Assembly (NCBI GenBank): GCA_965228855.1 | Contig: CBDDIJ010000003.1 | Coordinates: forward strand, 2,848,001-2,912,000 | Direction: 5' to 3' | DNA: 64,000 nt | DNA from: Candidatus Obscuribacterales bacterium | GTDB taxonomy: Bacteria; Cyanobacteriota; Vampirovibrionia; Obscuribacterales; Obscuribacteraceae | Part shown: one piece after another, positions 58,779 through 64,000 of the stretch | Position numbering within the stretch: position 1 is the first letter of the stretch | Layout: each line of letters opens with the position of its first letter | Notes under the pieces: model-generated | Databases searched by the model: none | What the model saw: the letters and a program-made list of their open reading frames with translations, nothing else | What the model was told of the DNA's origin: nothing | Made by a program: the position numbers and the translations under genes

Positions 58779-60266
58779 TTACAACGGGCGTTTTGGTTTG
58801 ACAGTCGAGACTCCCGCTGTCGCTGGAGACTTTTTTGCGGGCGCACCATTAGCTCCGGTGACTGAAGACGGCTTCACTGCGGTTCCACTTTTGCTTCCGC
58901 CTGCAGACGCGAATCGTTTGGAACCTGTGCGTTTAACACCACCAGCGGTACGTGAGGAATTCTTCAAGGAATTGGAAAGTTCTTTAGCGGAAACATTCGC
59001 ACTTATAACGAAACGCTTCCAAACCGGACAGGACAATACTTCTTCGAGCATGGTGTTGCGAATATTCAAACCTTTTGTGCCCTGCTCAGACGCTATGCGC
59101 GTGGCAAGCAGTAGCTTTTCTGATTCGTTTGCGTCGGTGTACAGGATGCGAAACTTTGCCCAACTGAGCGGAAAATCGTTCATAGCCGCCTTGTCACGCT
59201 CTGACGGGGCATTTTGAAATTTGTCGCGAACAATCATTTCGTATAGTTCGCGATTATCGTCGGCATCAACGGTTTTACCCTCATGGTTGTGTTCGTAGAG
59301 AAAAACAGCCATATCTGTATACGCGTTGATTGCGTCCTCGGTGAGAGGCGGAGGTCCAGGTTCAGCAATACGTTTGGGTCCGAGCGCTTCGGCGAGCATC
59401 ATTCTTTCCTCGGGATTGATATCCTTGGAATCGACTCGCATACTTAGCAAAGCGCGAAACAGCACGCGGTAATTGGAGCGGTGATCGACATCCTCCATCA
59501 ACTTGGAGAGAGCCGGCCAGTATGAACCTATGTAGCTGAAACTGGCACCCTCAGGACCGTTCAGAAGCTTTTTCAAAATGACGCTAAACTCGTTGCGCTG
59601 CGTACTCGACAATTGAATAGAATAGTCGGGACCATTGGGCAGACGTCCATGAGCGTCGATCTGACCGACCAATCCGAGAATGTTAAGCCATGCGGAGATC
59701 AGCGGCCATTGCGGGTCTGTCTGAGCGATACCGCTTCCGGTGGCATCCGGATTGACGGAAACTTTCCCGCCGATGTTGTGTGCAGGATTATTTTCATCGT
59801 AATTGTTCTGCGCGCCGTACTCATCAGGCTCAGTCATCGTCCCACCCGAGGGCGAGACATCTCCGTCAGGAGAGGCCAAACTACCAGTGGTGGCATCAAG
59901 ATGTTCCGCTTCTTTCGGCGGAGATTTAGGCATTTTGAGGTGATCGGGAAGTTTTTTCGGAACCTGCGGCTTCGGAAAATCCCCAATATCGTTGATATCA
60001 TTCATGCGCTGTTGAGCTGGGTCTTCGGGCTCTGATTCAACTTCCTCCTCGGGCTGAAGCGCCGCGGGCGGCTTCAGAGAAGGAGTTTTTTTGGTTTTTT
60101 CGGTACGGTCGAAACCATATTTGTTGGTTTCGGCAAATTCGCCGTCATACCCCCAATCCGCAGCCGGCGCCTGTTGAACGACGAACTGCGCAGCTATCAG
60201 CAGGGTCAGGGCACGAAGCGCAATTGCGCGACCGGAGGACGTCCTTATCAAAAGCAGCTGACTCAT
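58779..60266 (-). CDS. Exported hypothetical protein
   Basis: RBS GGAG before ATG 60266; signal-like N-terminus; Pro/acidic linker followed by a helical domain. Confidence 0.75.
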   Translation of the reverse strand: MSQLLLIRTSSGRAIALRALTLLIAAQFVVQQAPAADWGYDGEFAETNKYGFDRTEKTKKTPSLKPPAALQPEEEVESEPEDPAQQRMNDINDIGDFPKPQVPKKLPDHLKMPKSPPKEAEHLDATTGSLASPDGDVSPSGGTMTEPDEYGAQNNYDENNPAHNIGGKVSVNPDATGSGIAQTDPQWPLISAWLNILGLVGQIDAHGRLPNGPDYSIQLSSTQRNEFSVILKKLLNGPEGASFSYIGSYWPALSKLMEDVDHRSNYRVLFRALLSMRVDSKDINPEERMMLAEALGPKRIAEPGPPPLTEDAINAYTDMAVFLYEHNHEGKTVDADDNRELYEMIVRDKFQNAPSERDKAAMNDFPLSWAKFRILYTDANESEKLLLATRIASEQGTKGLNIRNTMLEEVLSCPVWKRFVISANVSAKELSNSLKNSSRTAGGVKRTGSKRFASAGGSKSGTAVKPSSVTGANGAPAKKSPATAGVSTVKPKRPL

Positions 60267-60598
60267 TTTGAGCTCCACATGACAGTGCAGGTAAATGCTA
60301 CCTCGCATCGACGCCGGAGAGCGCGTGGGAGCGCCGAAATTGACACGAAGAATACTTAATATAGGAAACCAATCAGCACCGGAAAATGTTAAAAATGCAG
60401 TATATGCCGGGCTTTGGTAATTCGAACCAACTCGATGCGAACCGCGAAACGGTCAGTTAGCCTGGTCTGAGACCCAAGACATCTTGGCAAGGGTGTGGTA
60501 CTATCGGCGAAGAAGCCCGTGCGGCTGAGCTTTCACGGCCCACGACTTGACAATTATAATCCTGCCAGCGAGCAGAGTTGCGGAGGCAACCCTTACCC

Positions 60599-61195
60599 AT
60601 GAAGATGAAGTTGAGATTCTATCCGGACCCAGTGCTGAAGCAGAAGGCTAAAAAAATTACAACCTTCGATCACTCGGTCAGGAAGCTCGCCCAAGACATG
60701 CTCGACACGATGTACGAGGAAGATGGCGTCGGTTTGGCAGCGCCTCAGGTCGGTGTTTCGAAGCAAATCATGGTCATTGACGTGAATGCAGGTGATGAGG
60801 ACGAAACCCGCAAGCCAATCGTTTTCATCAATCCCGTTATCATCGAGCGCGAAGGTGAGATGGTCGGTCAGGAAGGTTGCTTGAGCTTTCCCGGTGTTTT
60901 CTTCGAAGTGAAGAGAGCTCGTCGCATCGTAGTTCGCTATCAAAACCTCGCAGGGAAAGATTTGAAATTAGAAGCTGCGGACAATCTGCTGTGCCGGGCA
61001 ATTCAACATGAGATCGACCATCTGACCGGCGAACTGTTCATAGACAAAGCATCGTCGGCGCTGCAACGCGACCTTGAGATGACGAAAAACGGTTTCATGG
61101 AGGGTGACGTAGACGCCATGGAAGCCGAACTCAAAGAAGAAAAAGGCACCACCATCAAATTGCCGCAAACGCAGCAAGAACCGGTAATAGGCTAG
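60599..61195 (+). CDS. def: Peptide deformylase
   Basis: GVGLAAPQVG, EGCLS, QHEIDHL. Confidence 0.98.
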   Translation: MKMKLRFYPDPVLKQKAKKITTFDHSVRKLAQDMLDTMYEEDGVGLAAPQVGVSKQIMVIDVNAGDEDETRKPIVFINPVIIEREGEMVGQEGCLSFPGVFFEVKRARRIVVRYQNLAGKDLKLEAADNLLCRAIQHEIDHLTGELFIDKASSALQRDLEMTKNGFMEGDVDAMEAELKEEKGTTIKLPQTQQEPVIG

Positions 61196-61217
61196 AAGAC
61201 CCGGACAGGTATAAATC

Positions 61218-61541
61218 ATGTTCTGGAGTTTCCACGAAAATGCAGGCAGCTTGAGCCATATGCTCAAAGGCTGGCACAGAGCCATTTTTCGAATCCCTGT
61301 GACCAAGCATTTCGATGCGCTCGCACAGAAAACCGACAGGATTCGCTTGCTTCTGGATGACGATCAAAAGCCGGTTGGCTGTAAATCGTGCGGATATGCG
61401 ATTGCTCGCTTGCTTTACGCTGACGGATGGGAAGTTGAAGCTTGTAGCGCGATCACGGCGCCCAAGCTGGTCGGCAACAAAGAATTTGAACAATGGGTAG
61501 AAACCATGCCGCAACATCGCATCACAAGCGATGTCCGGTAA
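61218..61541 (+). CDS. Small hypothetical protein
   Basis: 107-aa ORF in operon-like position; CKSC. Confidence 0.55.
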   Translation: MFWSFHENAGSLSHMLKGWHRAIFRIPVTKHFDALAQKTDRIRLLLDDDQKPVGCKSCGYAIARLLYADGWEVEACSAITAPKLVGNKEFEQWVETMPQHRITSDVR

Positions 61542-61606
61542 CGTTGCACCTCGATTGCCTCAAGGCAAATTTGTCACTATACTTCTGATAGAGCACCGCG
61601 AAGAAC

Positions 61607-62071
61607 GTGAATATGTCTGACTCACAAGGAAATAACGCTAAAGCACCACTGACGGTGGAGATAGTATCGTTCGGCTTCAAATACGGCACGCCGCCGATTG
61701 CGAATATATCGCTTGATGTGCGGTTCTTAAAGAACCCCTACTGGGTCGATGAGCTGCGTCCGCTTACCGGGCTCGATGAACCTGTGCGCAAATATGTTCT
61801 CGATCAGGGTCTAGCACAGGATGTGCTGGAGAATCTGGAGAAGCTTGTCGAGCATACCGTGCCTGCAATGCTGAAAGTAAAATCAAACTCCTTTGTGATC
61901 GCTCTGGGTTGCACGGGCGGACAACATCGCTCACCTGCAATGGTGGAAGCTCTAGCAGAGCGAGTTCGCAGTCGCTTTTCGCAGTACCAGGTCACGAGCG
62001 GACACAGAGAATTAGAGCGCATGCACGACGATAAAACAGCGTCGCTCACCGCTCAGGGGAGCGCGAGCTAG
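61607..62071 (+). CDS. RapZ/YvcJ C-terminal domain-only protein
   Basis: SFGFKYG, DVRFLKNPYW..LRPLTG.D, GCTGGQHRS, HREL; no P-loop domain. Confidence 0.9.
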   Translation: MNMSDSQGNNAKAPLTVEIVSFGFKYGTPPIANISLDVRFLKNPYWVDELRPLTGLDEPVRKYVLDQGLAQDVLENLEKLVEHTVPAMLKVKSNSFVIALGCTGGQHRSPAMVEALAERVRSRFSQYQVTSGHRELERMHDDKTASLTAQGSAS

Positions 62072-62074
62072 TTG

Positions 62075-63496
62075 ATGAAACACACCCTCGATCACCAGCT
62101 GAAACGACTCATGCTACCAGGCTTGAAACGCTGGATATGCATCAGTTTATTCGGTATCGCGGTGATCGTTATCGGAGCCCTTTTGCTTCTGGGCTACCAC
62201 CCGATCACAGTCACAGGTATGTTCATGCGCGAAGTGCTTGAGCATGCCGCAGATGTTTTACCACACAGAATAAGTGGACTGATGGTCATACTTGGCGGAG
62301 CGATTTTGATCTTCGCATCGACCCAGAAGATGATTAGAAACGTGCTTCGCGCCTACGTCTCGGATGACGAACGCGAATCGATTCCGGACGTTTTGTACAA
62401 ACGCCGGCATCTGGATCGCGGCGCAAGAGTTGTCGTCATCGGTGGTGGCACCGGTCTGTCGACTTTGCTTCGAGGATTGAAAAACTTCACGACCAACATC
62501 ACTGCAATCGTGACAGTTGGAGACGATGGCGGCAGTTCCGGCCGACTGAGGCAGACACTGGGGATAGTACCACCAGGCGACATCCGCAACTGTATAACAG
62601 CTCTCGCCGATGAAGAAAAACTGGTCACGGAACTGTTCTCCTACAGATTCGAACAGGGTGACGGACTGGAAGGGCACAGCTTCGGAAATCTATTTCTCAC
62701 GGCTGTCTACTCTATGACGGACGGCGACATGCTGGAAGCCGCTCGCGTGGCGGCCAGGGTTTTGAACAGCAGGGGAACGGTTTTACCTTCTACCTTGACA
62801 CCGATTCAATTGATTGCCGAATTCGAGGATGGCAGCAAAGCAGCCGGAGAGTCTCAAATTCCGCTTGCTCAAAAGAAAATTCATCGGCTGACCTTTGAAC
62901 CGGCAACTACCAAACCGACACCGGAAGCGATTGAAGCGATAATGGACGCGGAACTAATCGTTCTCGGTCCGGGAAGCCTGTACACCTCGATTATTCCGAA
63001 TCTTCTGGTACCCGGCATTGCTGATGCAATTAAACTGTCGCCCGCCAGAAAAATATACGTATCGAACGTGTTGACGCAGATTGGAGAGACAATCGACTAC
63101 TCCGTGGGAGATCACGTGCAGGCGCTGCTGGATCACTCGAAAACAATTGTCGGCGAAGGACAAAACTTGATTGAAGCCGTAATCGTAAACGACCGCATCC
63201 CGATAATCCCATCAGACTCGACAGCCAATGCCGTACTGCTGGACGCGGAGCGCGTCGAAGGTCTGGGCGTAAGCGTGGTCCACAGCCCGCTCGTCGGTGA
63301 GAAGACCTTCGGACATCACGACTCCGCAATGCTTGCCAAAGCTATTATCGAGTGGTTCGAGCGCGAGAAGAAAATTCCTAAAATGCAGAAAGCGACTTCA
63401 GCAACCGTCCACGACGCTGATGACGAGCAAAGTTCCGAATCGACTCACGACTCAACAGCAGCAGTCGAAGAAGAGCGTAAAGCTCAAGTCGTTTGA
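62075..63496 (+). CDS. yvcK: YvcK/GlmR (UPF0052, CofD-like) UDP-GlcNAc-binding protein with N-terminal TMs
   Basis: IGGGTGLS, TVGDDGGSSGRLR, PPGDIRNC, GHSFGNL, GPGSLYTSIIPNLLV. Confidence 0.93.
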   Translation: MKHTLDHQLKRLMLPGLKRWICISLFGIAVIVIGALLLLGYHPITVTGMFMREVLEHAADVLPHRISGLMVILGGAILIFASTQKMIRNVLRAYVSDDERESIPDVLYKRRHLDRGARVVVIGGGTGLSTLLRGLKNFTTNITAIVTVGDDGGSSGRLRQTLGIVPPGDIRNCITALADEEKLVTELFSYRFEQGDGLEGHSFGNLFLTAVYSMTDGDMLEAARVAARVLNSRGTVLPSTLTPIQLIAEFEDGSKAAGESQIPLAQKKIHRLTFEPATTKPTPEAIEAIMDAELIVLGPGSLYTSIIPNLLVPGIADAIKLSPARKIYVSNVLTQIGETIDYSVGDHVQALLDHSKTIVGEGQNLIEAVIVNDRIPIIPSDSTANAVLLDAERVEGLGVSVVHSPLVGEKTFGHHDSAMLAKAIIEWFEREKKIPKMQKATSATVHDADDEQSSESTHDSTAAVEEERKAQVV

Positions 63497-63610
63497 TCTG
63501 CGAAGTTTAGAAGTTTAAACAAACATTCGGGAAACATTCGCCGTTTCGGACTTTCGCAACGAAGCTAGCATATAATTAGCACCTCGATTTATTACCAGTG
63601 GAGGTGCTGA

Positions 63611-64000
63611 ATGGCTTCGACAGACGTGAGCGCGATGGATCCCGCATTGAAGGAGCGCATCGGCGGCGCCATTGGAAGGATGGCGAGTGGCGTTTACATC
63701 ATTACCGTCGAGGACGAACAGGGTCGCGAAGGGATGCTCGCCACCTGGGTCACGCAAGCCGCGTTTGCACCGCCCTCAGTGACGATCTCAGTCAACAATG
63801 CTCGCCCCATCCTCAGCCGGCTGAAGAAAGGCGCCAAGGCGTCATTGAACGTGCTGGCAAAAACCAACAACGACATCTTCAAGAATTTCGTCAAGCCTCA
63901 CACCGAAGGCATGGACAGATTCGAAGGACTCGATCTTGTTGAGAACGACGGCTTCCCGCCTTCGTTTGCAAACTGCATTTCTTCTATGTTGCTGGAGATC
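63611..64000 (+). CDS. Flavin reductase-like protein (3' truncated by window edge)
   Basis: RBS GGAGGT; translated by hand as MASTD..AIGRMASGVYIIT..GMLATWVTQAAFAPP...LNVL; absent from the ORF track. Confidence 0.88.
   Translation, partial: MASTDVSAMDPALKERIGGAIGRMASGVYIITVEDEQGREGMLATWVTQAAFAPPSVTISVNNARPILSRLKKGAKASLNVLAKTNNDIFKNFVKPHTEGMDRFEGLDLVENDGFPPSFANCISSMLLEI

Noticed and set aside
60547..60560. TTGACA and TATAAT upstream of def as a sigma70 promoter pair
   Set aside because: The two hexamers are only 2 nt apart; at most one is functional.

Overview
Bacterial chromosomal window with no rRNA, tRNA or CRISPR array seen. The gene set (cyanobacteria-like def, cysE, yvcK and flavin reductase, no photosynthesis genes, tandem PAS histidine kinases, giant orphan proteins) suggests a non-photosynthetic Cyanobacteriota relative such as Vampirovibrionia/Obscuribacterales; this is inference only. 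The left part (about 1-30 kb) is a plasticity zone. It holds a 5'-truncated giant protein of three zincin-like modules joined by recurring RGD/DLAMRGD linkers, two ~98% identical alpha-carbonic anhydrases inside an interleaved duplication (CA-Fic-tail versus CA-geneX-tail), and toxin-antitoxin modules (ParD with a frameshifted ParE; an NTase pair). It also holds TolC, IS3 and WG-repeat remnants, a cytochrome P460-like protein, a VHL-beta-domain fusion, and several effector-like proteins without signal peptides. The right part (about 31-64 kb) is mostly housekeeping (ispG, radC-like, MATE, rpe, acyl-CoA dehydrogenase, cysE, fabF, cobU, UbiA-family, def, RapZ C-terminal domain, yvcK). It is interrupted by a 1990-aa orphan protein with 27-bp and exact 576-bp internal repeats. 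All family calls come from motif recognition by eye; no database searches were run.
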